DNA of 64,000 nt. Source: Azolla caroliniana. Lineage: Eukaryota; Plantae; Polypodiophyta. Within the stretch, counting starts at the first letter, position 1, and every line of letters starts with the position of its first letter. Below are positions 15,001-26,500 of this stretch, piece after piece. The stretch spans positions 19,592,001-19,656,000 of the forward strand of contig JBHGNT010000013.1 of the NCBI GenBank assembly GCA_043228905.1, in the 5' to 3' direction. Below the pieces are notes generated by a model that did not search any database, had not been told where the DNA came from, and was given only the letters and a program-made list of their open reading frames with translations. The position numbers and the translations under genes were made by a program.

Positions 15001-16258
15001 ATTCTTTGACTTAAAATTCCATGTTCATCATGTGTTCAACATTTGGTTATTTGATGGCGTGAAGTGCTCTCTTTATTTGTATGTGCACCATCATCTAGTA
15101 GAGAGCATTGTAATTCTTTGCAAAAAGAATTATTCATGTCTTCTTGGTTATTATATTGGCATGGAAATGAGAGATTGTGAGTCAATTTAATGGCTTATTT
15201 AGTTTGGGGGTCAAAGAGGTGGATACAGGTTAGTGTTAAGATTGTTTAGTTGAGACTAGAAGGTCATGTGTTTAACCCCTACATTCCATAGTAGCACCTA
15301 GTTAGTAGTAAATTAAGAAAAATATGTATGCCAAAATTATTGAGAAAGAGAACCCTCAAGATCAATTTATTTATTAGCTTTTGTATCTCTTTACAATTCA
15401 AGTACAATTGTATTTATCCTCGCCCACATAGTGGGGCATAATCTTTCCTAGGTTTGACAAACTCCTTGCCTTCTATCAAATGTCAAGCAAATGTACACAA
15501 CAATAAAATATATGTTGTGAAGCACATGGCATGTTAAGAGTCTATTACTAATCAATAGACCAAAATAAAGTAAAACGAAGGAAAATAGACCCAATCACAT
15601 TAGTCCCCTTTTTAACATTAGTGAACATGCCCTTCACTTATGAAAATATTAGTGACCTACCCTCACCTACGTTATGTGTGCATAACATGGCGGGTACCTA
15701 ACAACAATTACATTTGTACAAGTGAGATCTAAGATACTAACTAGTCATTAGGGAGCTTGAGGCTTGAATGACATATATGAAACTTGTTAGCCTATTTTCT
15801 TGGAGCCACGAATATATAATAATGTGTGTTAAGAATACTAATCAAATAGGCAAGTGCATTGTGTAAATAAGTTTTGTAAGGTTTTACTTCTAAGGTTTGC
15901 ATGAGTAATATAACGCAAATCTCCCAAAAGTTGTATTTGAAATTCTCCTAAACAATACATATAATTATTTTCAAATGCCAATATATGATGTTATCAATGT
16001 ATAGGTATAAGATATCCAATACGGGATAAGGATTGTTTTTGGGATTATGCCAAAGCCAAATGCGCCATGCCCGAACACTGTGAATATAGGTTGAACTGAT
16101 ATTTATCCAAAATTTTCTCATTCTCAATTTTCGTTACAAGAAGCCTTACATTTTTGCAAAACGTGATTTTTAGGTATGCGTTTGGTGATGTTCATCTTGG
16201 ACAAAGTTGTAGACTCAAGAATTCAAATACAAGAGATATTTTGTATAGATACATGTAA
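1..16258 (+). CDS. PSAT1: Phospholipid:sterol O-acyltransferase (LCAT family), 3' part; 5' end lies upstream of the window
   Basis: GT-AG exons read by hand: 1-34, 142-222, 331-508, 615-795, 3042-3141, 3230-3327, 6024-6075, 6151-6222, 6335-6503, 6591-6695, 16005-16089, 16174-16258 (TAA). Peptides WIDDHIYAYIA-VGSPFLGSAEALKGTMSGLTFGLP-GTARRMCNSF, LTPWSRPPIKNIFCAYG, PYPDNWII, SGDGT-LPYNSLSFCKTWLG, HDGSDV, NHRNMVRSP, DCFWDYAKAKC and YAFGDVHLGQSCRL are collinear with Arabidopsis PSAT1 as I recall it. Confidence 0.93.
786..1018 (+). repeat. Four tandem 56-60 bp copies spanning a PSAT1 exon/intron junction
   Basis: Unit AATTGAAGAA|GTAAGT(CAT)nGTACCCTCTTGAGCATATGCAAGGATCTT starts at 786, 846, 906 and 962. 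Confidence 0.95.
1355..1602. mobile_element. Non-autonomous hAT-type MITE
   Basis: Ends are TAGGAAT...ATTCCTA. Perfect 8-bp TSD CCTATGGC at 1347-1354 and 1603-1610. Internal AACCG/CGGTT motifs. Confidence 0.85.
4011..4623 (+). mobile_element. Solo LTR
   Basis: Ends TGTTGTG...CACAATA, near-TSD GGTGG/GGTGT, TATA-rich core. Shares the GGTTTTTCCCATTTAGGGTTTCCATGTTAAA block with 17340-17892. Confidence 0.7.
4990..5470 (-). mobile_element. Degenerate non-LTR retrotransposon RT fragment (RTE-like)
   Basis: ORF 5124-5525 includes GLCIDELEE...LLLYVDEVVL (YADD motif)...SKTKIM...VESFKYHG. Confidence 0.75.
8611..13692 (+). mobile_element. Degenerate Ty1/copia LTR retrotransposon with both LTRs, in a PSAT1 intron
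   Basis: LTRs at ~8611-8972 and 13360-13692. PPT ACAGGGGAG precedes the 3' LTR. TSD CTCAT/CTCAC. Gag begins at 9266 (KFGGSNFNFWK), followed by protease (LLDLGASYH), integrase (VHLDVCGP, KCIFLGY), RT (QLDVKT, YVDDML) and RNase H (YTDLDFAG, SDSQG, SKHIDV), with many stops and frameshifts. Confidence 0.93.
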
Positions 16259-17339
16259 TTAGGGTTGGGCTTTGATGGTTCCACTTGCCCTTCACATATA
16301 ATTTTTATGGTGGTTTTAACTTCAAGTGTCCTTTAATTTATGTGTAAGTATGATTGTGGCTTCTTTTTAACATTCTTATATTAGGGACACCCTCCATTTG
16401 AAAAAGAGAACAAAGATAAAGTTATACAGAAATGAAACACGATATGAAAATTTATATCGTGGGATGATTCAACAAGAAGGTCGAGTTTATTTTCTTCTTT
16501 TAGAAATGATCTTAATGTGTTTATTTATTAAAACTTTGAATAACCTCTCTTTTAATTTTTGTATTAGCTTAACCTGTTGCTAGTGAATTGAAATATCAAT
16601 CCAAGGCCCCTGGGTTCAAGCCTTATCATAATTGTACTACAATTCTCCCTCTCCCTCTTTCCTCTTTCTCCCTCTAAGGTACACAATGTTTTTTGAGTGA
16701 AGAACATATCATTTCACAACAAAATTCCCTTCATAGTAGAATGTTTATTGCAAATGGTGTACCTTTATATGCTAACATTAATGATTTTACACGTAGAAAA
16801 TAGAATAGAAATATCGGGATTGGCTTTGTGCTTCTTTCCAAAGGTATATTGGTACACGTGAGTGGATATTGAAATCCGATCATAGAACTATGTATTGACA
16901 TCAATTAATGTATAGAAAGGTTTGAAACGAGACGACCATTGAAAAGATTCCAAATGATATTTGAGCATAGACCTTAAATAAGAGCCTATATATTCCAAGA
17001 TGGTTGAATATATGTTATACATGACAAAGTTACAACGTGATGCAACACTAGAATAATTGGGAAGCTGTCAAGAAACTCGTGTTCTCATGCACAAATTGTT
17101 TTTTCGGCCAAGCACATACATTGTATATCGAGTATTGCCATGCCGAACTTCTCTTTCAATAGCTCAAGTAGCTTTGGAATGTGCGTTCTCGTCATAGGGA
17201 TCCACTTTATGTTCCATGGTACATTTGAATTGTATAGGTTGACACACCCTATTTCCTTTGGTGAGAAGGCAAAAACCCTTCCATGACTTTTGAACTATCA
17301 TGATATGGCACCAAAAGGAATTGAACCTGTGACCTCATG

Positions 17340-17892
17340 TGTCGAGAATCATGACCGGCCACAACCGGCTTCTCGTTCGAATGTTCGGGTGCAGGGAACG
17401 TAAAATAGAATGCGCTCAGACAAAGTACGAAAACAAAAATAGCACAAGAGACAAAAACACACGATTTTAACATGGAAACCCTAAATGGGAAAAACCACAA
17501 GGGTCCACCAACCCCGAGAAACAGAATCACTATGCTAAGAAAAGGAGGAGTACAACTAGAAGCTCTGAGGCAACGACCTCGAGATTCTACTTCGTCAATA
17601 GACGACTACGGAGTTACACACGCTCTTAGTCTCACTCACTTACTATTACACAGTTACTGAGGCAACGACCTTCTAAGTAACCTTTTGACAATCACTCATT
17701 TTCTATTATGATTGCCCTAAGTACTTATATACTAGTACACCTTTTGGGTTATTTACAAGTGTAGCCCATAAGGGCATATTTAAACTATTTACAAGTATAG
17801 TCTTCTGAGTTGGCTGTCTACACGATTTCGGTTTCGGCCGAGGCCGATACTTGGCTCTTCTCTTCCCATCCGGGGGGACCTGTTTCCTAACA
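17340..17892 (-). mobile_element. Solo LTR, related to 4011-4623
   Basis: TG...CA ends with a perfect 5-bp TSD TCATG (17335-17339 and 17893-17897). Reverse-complement similarity to 4011-4623. Confidence 0.85.
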
Positions 17893-18144
17893 TCATGTTA
17901 CACAAGTTGAGGCCATACCATTAGAATAGCAATTATAATATAAAAAATATTATTTTCATTATAAAAAAATCATGTATATTGTAGATTACTCTAAAACACT
18001 AGAAACTTCAGGAATACTCTTGATAATGCTATAAATAGAGGCATATGGCACTATTCAGAACCAATTCGGTTCAACGCCAATCTTAAGCCTCTTAGGTATC
18101 ATTGTAATCTCGTCATATAATATATTTCTTGTTATCATACTTCC

Positions 18145-20570
18145 ATGGACCACACAAGATTGCGAGCCGAGCACATCATATATGCTCGAGAGTGCCTAGC
18201 CCCCCTTCTCACTCTAATCTTCAACCGCACCCTCGCCGAGGGTTTTCCACCACAATGGGCCATGAACACAGTGACCCCTATACATAAAGGAGGGGACCCA
18301 ATGGACCATTATGATAGGTCATACACTCGCTAAACTATATGGTGCAGTAATGGAAGCGGGGCTCAGTGATTATATGGAAACATTAAGTCTTAGAGCACCT
18401 GAGTAGGCTGGCTTTAGACGAGCCTTCTCCACTATTGATCATATCTTCACACTTAGGTGCTTAATTGACCGGACGAAGGTTCGTAAGAAGAAACTATATT
18501 GTTCCTTTGTGGACTTCTGTAAAGCCTTTGATACAGTTCCTAGGGAGAGGTTGTTTGATAGACTTAAGAGCTTGGAGATACCAAATGACATTATCTGGGC
18601 CATTTATGCCCTATATGAGCAAGTCTCTAGGTGCGTAAGATGCCTAGGTGGCCTATCTGATTGTTTCACTAGCACCATTGGTGTAAAATAGGGTTGCCCC
18701 CTATCACCGACTCTTTTTGGGATCTACATTGATGAGATCATTGATTTTATTGCTCGTAAGGGAGGCAAGGGAGTAGCTATTGGGGATACACAAGTTAGTC
18801 TCTTACTCTACGCAGATGACATTGTCTTGCTCTCGGAGTCGGAACACGACCTACAAAAGCATCTTAATGCCCTAGATGACTTTTGTACACAACGAGGACT
18901 AGTAGTGAATCTAACGAAAACTAAAGTCCTTATCTTTCACACATCTTCCCGAGTTAGGAGTAAATGTCACCTAATCCTCTCTCATAGACTAGTTGAGGTC
19001 GTGGGATCATATGTATACTTGGGAGTCACTTTTAGTGCTCGCTCAGGTAAATTCTCGATGACCCATGCAACCAAAGATAGGCTAACGAGAGGGTATGCAT
19101 CCCTCTCACTCTTAGAGAGACAATGCCACCAGGCATACTTTCAAGAGCCACGGAGTAAGGGATGGCTCTTTGACTCATTAGTGACCCCTTCCCTCATGTA
19201 TGCATTAGTAGTATGGGCCCCAAGTCTACCATCTTTCATGTGGACGCAATTAGAGAGACCTTTGGTGACGATGTTATCATGTCAACTCCGAAGCAAATCG
19301 ATAGTACCACATGACATTATTAGAGCAGAGTTCAGTCTACCCCCAATGTTAGTAGAAGCACTCTTTCAAGTGGTAGTTTTTATTCATCGGATACATAGTC
19401 AACCACAAGATAGGATATCCCGTCAAGCCTTTGAGGTATCCCAATCCCTACATGCGTCTGGAGACACTAGCTCTTGGTATAACATTGTGGTGAGTTGGTT
19501 ACTTGCAAACAACATAGACATTATATAACCTACCTCCCCTTAAGTACAACCATGGGACTAATCAAACTCTAATCTCTCATGAAGACCGTAATAAAGTGAT
19601 ACGCCAAGAAATATGACAAATTTACACTCGATATAAATGGATCACCCCACGAGAGCCACTCACATCGAAAATGTTGTACTATAAGGAACACTTCTTGCAC
19701 TTCTCTAAGTTAGGTTTATACATTCTTATCAAATGCACTAAGGGTGGCCATTGGACAACTTAGGATATCATCTCACCAACTTGAGATTGAGAATGGTCGG
19801 GCTAATAGAGTCCCCAGAGAGGAAAGGCTATGTAGGTTATGCCACATAGAGATAGAGGATGAGTATCACTTCACATGCAAGTGCCCAACTTATGCGGAGA
19901 TACGGGCGGAATACCAAGACATATTAGGACCCTCTCCCACCCTCTCCAAACTATTAGATACCCCGAGTCTAAAGAGACTAGGTAGGTATATCTTAGAACT
20001 AAAACAATATAGGGAGAATAAATTACAAAGTATTAACCATAACCCTTTTACTATTCATTAACATGTAACTAGTGTAATTTTTCAGGAACAAGGGGAGACG
20101 ATGAATGTGGATACACTTACGCTGCTCGGCCTCTCCCTTGAGGAAGCAGAAATGCAAAGAACAACCAAATGCCCTTGGATGTTGGGCTTCAAAACAAGTC
20201 GACGTGGAGTAGAAAAGATTAAGAAGATAAGGGAACGTGAGCTACGTCGACTAGAAGCTATGGTTGGGGTCTCTTTTACATTGGGACCACGAGCCACATC
20301 CACATCACAACCCTTTGACCTCCCGCTTCTCTTTGAGAGACTTGGATGTAAATGAAATTAGGCCTAGTTTAACATCATTTTCATTGTAGAACATGTTTTT
20401 ATATGGAACAGGTTTGTTATTTTCTTAGAACTATTTAACTTAAACTCTATTTTTATCTTATTTTTATTTTTACTTTTGATGAATGGGTAAATATCCCATT
20501 TTTTTGTAAACCATTTGTCTCATGGGCCAATTTTGGCCTTAGAAGACATTAATATATCTTTCTTTCTTTC
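18145..20570 (+). mobile_element. 5'-truncated LINE (RTE/RTEX-like), degenerate RT ORF
   Basis: Motifs PIHKGGD, DFCKAFDTVPR, GCPLSPTLFGIYID, LLLYADDIVL, YVYLGV and a C-terminal RLCRLC...EDEYHFTCKCP. The 3' end runs into a (CTTT)n/(CT)n tail. Confidence 0.88.
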
Positions 20571-20573
20571 TCT

Positions 20574-20638
<65 letters not shown>
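20557..20638. repeat. (CTTT)n/(CT)n microsatellite at the LINE 3' end
   Basis: Read directly from the sequence. Confidence 0.9.
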
Positions 20639-20642
<4 letters not shown>

Positions 20643-23099
20643 TTCCTAGATAGTCTTTCCCTCCTCTCTACATCTAGTACTCTCCCTCCCTCCCCACCTC
20701 TCTCTTTCCTTTATCTCTAGTACTACTTCTGACACGAACATCCTTTTAAACCTAACTCCTTTTCGAGCAATATGAATTCACCTTGACTGATAAGAGCTTC
20801 CCTAGCCTTTCGTCGATGAAGTTGTGCCCTATGCCTCTTAGATCCCTTAAACTAGGATCAATCGCTACTCATATCAACCTAGCTGACTAGGATCACCCCA
20901 AGAGTGTCATCGAATGATACCACCGCATGGTTGAACATATTGTGACTTCTTTTTAGAGCATATTACTTTGTTTCATTTAATTTTCAAAACATTTTACCCT
21001 AGACTCTTTCTTATCTAGACTAGAGAATTTACACACCCCATTTTCTGAAAACCATTGTTTTTTCATATTCTTGGTATGACTGAATTTATTACGAAATCAG
21101 GGGGACTTAACGTGCCCCAAGCTATCATGGTGTCACTAAACACATGTTCGTGTGCTATTCAAGCAAGACCATGGGGGACCTAGACTAGGGAGGATGCAAT
21201 GCCTCTTGAGAAGACTTAGAACCCTTAGTGAGTAGCCCTCATGTAATCCCCCTTTATTTTTGAGAATGATCTCTTTCAGGGAATTTTCTAATTCAAGGAG
21301 ACTGAGCTCGAGGAGTCATGATTTGAGGAAACCTTCTAAACGGGTATTAAACGCAAGAGATAACCGCCACATTAAATTGCACATATTGACAAATTGAATA
21401 TCTAATGCCTATAGGAAAGAAAGATAAATCTTAACACAATTGAAAATACAAAGAAAAGAAACGGGAAATACCGAAGTTCTCAAGTTTCTTGCTCCTAGAT
21501 CTGGAAAATACAATTTGTTAATTGCTCCAAGGTTAAGGGAAACATAAAAAAACAAGCCAACACAAGAAAACATAAATCACACTCTGATGCCAACTATTAG
21601 AATCTCAATTAACGTTAAGCAAAAGTAAGAAGGGAAATCAAGAAGAAAGGGCACCAATCCACTCAATCACCCTCTAGTGAAGGTGAGAGACGGACCCGAG
21701 TTCCCATCAATGTCCTATACCATTGAATACAAACATGGACCGTACCTTGGGTTTGAAGAAGAAGAATGCACATGTGTATGACGCTAGAGCTTTGCCACAC
21801 TGTTAGAGTCTCTACCTCAAGACCATAATGAAAAGAAATATCCCCCTTCATGAAGATAGTTAGCCTTCTTATATAGGCGCAAACTCTAGGCCCTTGTGTG
21901 TTTCACACTTGGTTGTTTTTCTATAAAAAGTTGCCAAGTGATGAAATATGTGATGCATAATGATGACAATAAGCTACTTCACAATGCATAAAGATGATGA
22001 TCAACTTCCCAATGACTATGGACAACAAATTCATGGTGCTTAATGAAGATGACCAAACATAATCGTGAGAAGGCAACAACATGAACATGACAACGGCCAC
22101 TCGAAGGCAACTATTGGCGTAAGAGCAACGACAACAATAATTAGTGACAATGACAATCAAAATTGTTGTAACATGGGCATAACGATGGCCATTGGAAGTG
22201 ATAGTGGCATGGTAGTGATGGTCATATGTGAGCACTAGGACATGTAAGAGCGGAGACAATAACACCTAGAATCCACAAAATGGTGATGATAATGGTAGTG
22301 GTAGAAGTGATAACTATTACAATGAGAGTAGTATACAGTCATGGAAATCGGGAACAACACTCTTCAAAGGTTTATTTTAATTTTAAGGAAGTCTTAAAAA
22401 CTACCCATGAGATGTTCTCTAAGAGGGAAATAAAAAAAACTAAGGATATATGGTTAAAAGAAAAGAACACTCATGTTTGCTTTGTATTGTATAATTACGC
22501 AATATGAATCTATAACAATCTTCCCCCACGGCCTATCCTTTTTCCTAGGTTTAATACATGGGGTAATACATGGGTCCATAAGACTCCATACAATGTATGA
22601 TATGATGAGACCCAATACACATGTTTTGTCCCCAACAAGTTTGTGGCTCTAAGGATAACAATCCACTCCAATGCTCCTCCACATTTAAGCTTTGCTTTTC
22701 AACCATCACATATCCCTATACACATTTCATAGTTTGTGCGCGCACTTGTATTGCAACATTCATTGGTAAAATTCTTGAATATCAACAATTACTTATCAAC
22801 TCTACATACAATACACGAAAGTGTTTCATTAGGGTTGCACTGATCATACAATACTCGTTTGTCTCTCTCTGCCGGACATATATGCTCTAAAGGTGAGGCT
22901 TGGTTTGTTTGACATGCAGTAGGCAGACCAATTGTCCTAATTCACAATTTCCAGGAAATGATCTTTGAAGTATGTATGGGGTTGAGCTCATGATATATCG
23001 AACAACAACCCACATACATACTATCGGAGACATGTGTTCGTAGCTCCCTGTCTCCTCTTGATGGTCTCAGAAGGGAGATTATATCCATACATACATACA

Positions 23100-23135
<36 letters not shown>

Positions 23136-23262
23136 TATATATCATCTCCATCTTCATTGGGACATCCTCTCTCCATTGTTTTAAACCCTTACAACCTAAG
23201 GCCAAAAGGTTTCCCATTTCCACATTTTTACCCATCTCTTATTGATTCACCACATACATAAC

Positions 23263-23296
<34 letters not shown>

Positions 23297-23596
23297 CCTC
23301 TCACCATAGAAGAAGCCTATCCCACATCACAATCTCCGTGCCCCCAATTCCAGACTCTGCGACGGACCCGCATCCTCTGATCTCCCTTACAAATTGCTTT
23401 AATTCTTCTCTGGATCCAAAGGGAACCTCTTGTTTATTATCAGATCTTGTTATTGCTGCCACAGATCCGATCAGAAAGCAATACAGCATAGTGAATTTGA
23501 ATCAGATCGAAAGGAAAACAAGAGCCCAGTATGGTTCCTAATCTGTAATGGGCGATGCAAAGGGTATGGATATAAGGAATCTATTATTATTCAACC

Positions 23597-26500
23597 ATGC
23601 CGGGCCTCTCTTGCAAAAGCCCTCAGTCTTTTTGTAATTATACATCAACTATATCTGGATCCATAGCTGATTTTCATAAAGGATCTGTGTCTGGCCTTCA
23701 GCACAGAGATGGTGGTGTTGATGCCTCTCAACTTAAGAAGGTACGATGCATCCTTTATATTAATTTCTTTTCAGTTCATATTTTTGTCCCAGTTTTTGTT
23801 TCTGTCCACTTTTGGTTAGATTCCATGGATGATTCAATGTTTTTTTTCCCATTTTGTGAGTTTTTTCTATCCATATTGAAGGATTGGATATGGGTGCAAT
23901 GTGATGTTATGCATGAGATTATGTTATATGGATGATTCAATTTGATAAATCCACTTTTTGAAGACTTTTTAGTCATTTGGAAGTTTAATTGGTTCATTTT
24001 GAAACTCACTAAGGGATTGAGTTAGCTCAAAATGATGTTTTGCGTAGCTTTAGGTTATCTGGATAATTCAATCCTTTTGGGTTCTTTGGATGACATTTAT
24101 GGTCCATTTTCAATTGTTGAGCAAGGGATTGAATCAACGCCACGAAAAGACCCGAATTTGTGCTTTCAAAATTTGAAAATCATCTTCTAATTTGGAATTT
24201 GAAGTAGAAAAACGTGTCAAATTTGAGAAAATCTGTAACCAAAATTGGCAATTTTTCTTTTTTATAATTTTGCAAATCAGAAATGAAGGCATTCAAACTT
24301 ATTGGGAAATTATTTTTTGAACACTGAATTGAACGTTCGTAAGATGCTGTTTTGCATAGACTTGGATTCTCACAATGATCTAATATTTTTTAGTTTCCAC
24401 ATTTGGAGCTTTTTTGATACTATTCTGAAGGATTGTTTGGTCTACTTTTAGGTATTCTACAAGGAATTTAATCCACTCAATCTGATTATTTACGTAGACT
24501 TTGATTATATAGTTATTCAATAGTTTGTAGTTCATTTTTCAAGATTTTTCAAGAGATTGAATGTGCTTGTAATGATGTTTCGTATAGTCTTCAGTTACAT
24601 GGATGACTCAATATTTGTAGCCCATTTGGAACTTTATTATCTCGTTTTGTAATATATGTTTTGTCCATTTGTGGAAAATTCATGGCCATATTTAAGACTT
24701 GGGCAAGAAAATGAATGCATTTGCATTTTTACATAGTCTAAGAGTCAAGACTATCTGGTTGATGCAGTATTTTCTGGTACATTTTTGAAAGAATTTTTAA
24801 TTTATTCTGGGCAAGTTCTTGAGTGTGCTTAAAATGATGTTTTACTTAAGCTTAGGTTATCCAGATGATTCAATCTATTTTAGTTTAATTTTGAAAAGAA
24901 AATGTCGTCCGTTCGGGATGATATTTTGGTTTATCTGGAAAGTTTTTGTAAAGCATTGAATTTGCGCAAAATGCTATGCTTCATAGGTTTCAGTTATCTG
25001 AATAATTGAATAATCTTAAGTCCATTTTTGGATGATTTCCTTTTGGAGATCAAATGTTTTTGGTTATCTGCAGATTTTGGCTTTCTTTTGTTAGTTCTTT
25101 TAGTTCCTTTTAAATGGTTTGGTGAGGAATGGAGTGTGCTCAAAATCCTGTTTTAGATAAGGTTATGGAAGCGAACATTTGCAGCTTGCTTTAGATTTAT
25201 AGCAGATGCAAAGATTTGTCTCCTTTTTTGGTGTAGATTCCATAAGTAAATAATATATGAGGGTGTAAAATCTGCAATTTATTTACAATGAGCATTGTTT
25301 ATTATCATAACTACATTAAGGAGTTGAATATATGAGATTTTATGATGCATCAAACCTTGCTTGCCTCCATCATTAGGACTGGGTCAAGTCAACCATAAGT
25401 TTTTTGGCTAGGAATCAAGGATGAGGGTTTGTCAACAAGAAATCAAGAATGAGATTTGTTGTGCTTCCAGATTCTTGAGAACTTTTTTAGTTTATCCATT
25501 TTGGATTTCTATGATATCGAGCTCACAGACTGTTCTAACTTCTACCTACAGTTTTGGGGCGAACTTAGCTCTTCAGCCCGACATGAATTATTACGGATCG
25601 ATAAGCACAGCTTGTTTGAACAAGCTCGCAAAAACATGTATTGCTCACGTTGCAATGGTCTTCTATTGGAAGCATTTTCTCAAATTGTTGGTTACAGCAA
25701 GGGTCTGCAGGGAGGTTCTTTGTGCCAAAGTAAGCATGAAGGTGGATGCAATAAGGAAAATTGTTATAAAGGAGACAGAATTGCAGTCTCTAATTCCGAT
25801 GATGATGTAAGAGATCCATCAGTACATCCATGGGGTGGGTTAATGGCAACACGAGATAACATGTTGACACTACTGGATTGTTTCCTGGAAGGACAACCCC
25901 TGGAGGTTATTCAGAATGTAAGAAAGAAAGGGATTTTCATAGCATATACAGTTGTAAAAGATGTACTCCTTCTCTATAATAGTTGGATATATATATATAT
26001 TTTCAGCCAGCTGATTGTTGTATTGGCTCATCCAGGTTTGTGACTGTGCCCGTGCCAGAGAGCGTGAGCGTGAACTTCTGTATCCCGATGCTTGTGGTGG
26101 TGGAGGAAGAGGATGGATCAGCCAAGGGGGTCCTAATTTTGTTAGAGTTCATAGTCTTAAGGAGACATGTGCTCTCCATACAGCTAGGCTTTCTTGTGAT
26201 GCTCTTGTCGATTTTTGGTCCGCATTGGGTGAAGAGACTAGGAGATCTTTACTACGAATGAAAGAAGAAGATTTTGTTGATCGACTCATGTTCAGGTATC
26301 ATTACATATATCAAAGGATCCTTGGATTTATGGCAACTGACGAAGTTCAGGCTCATGGTTTTCTTGTGTGTGCTAACACAGATTTGAGAACAAGCGCTTC
26401 TGCAGAGATTGCCGACGCAATGTTTTGAGAGAGCTGAAAGAACTGAAAGAATTAAGGCGATCTCGAAAGGAACTGAAATGTACAAGATGGTTCTGTAATG

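Noticed and set aside
21581-21920. PBS-like CTCTGATGCCA next to an LTR-like segment
   Set aside because: No partner LTR, TSD or coding remnant could be delimited.
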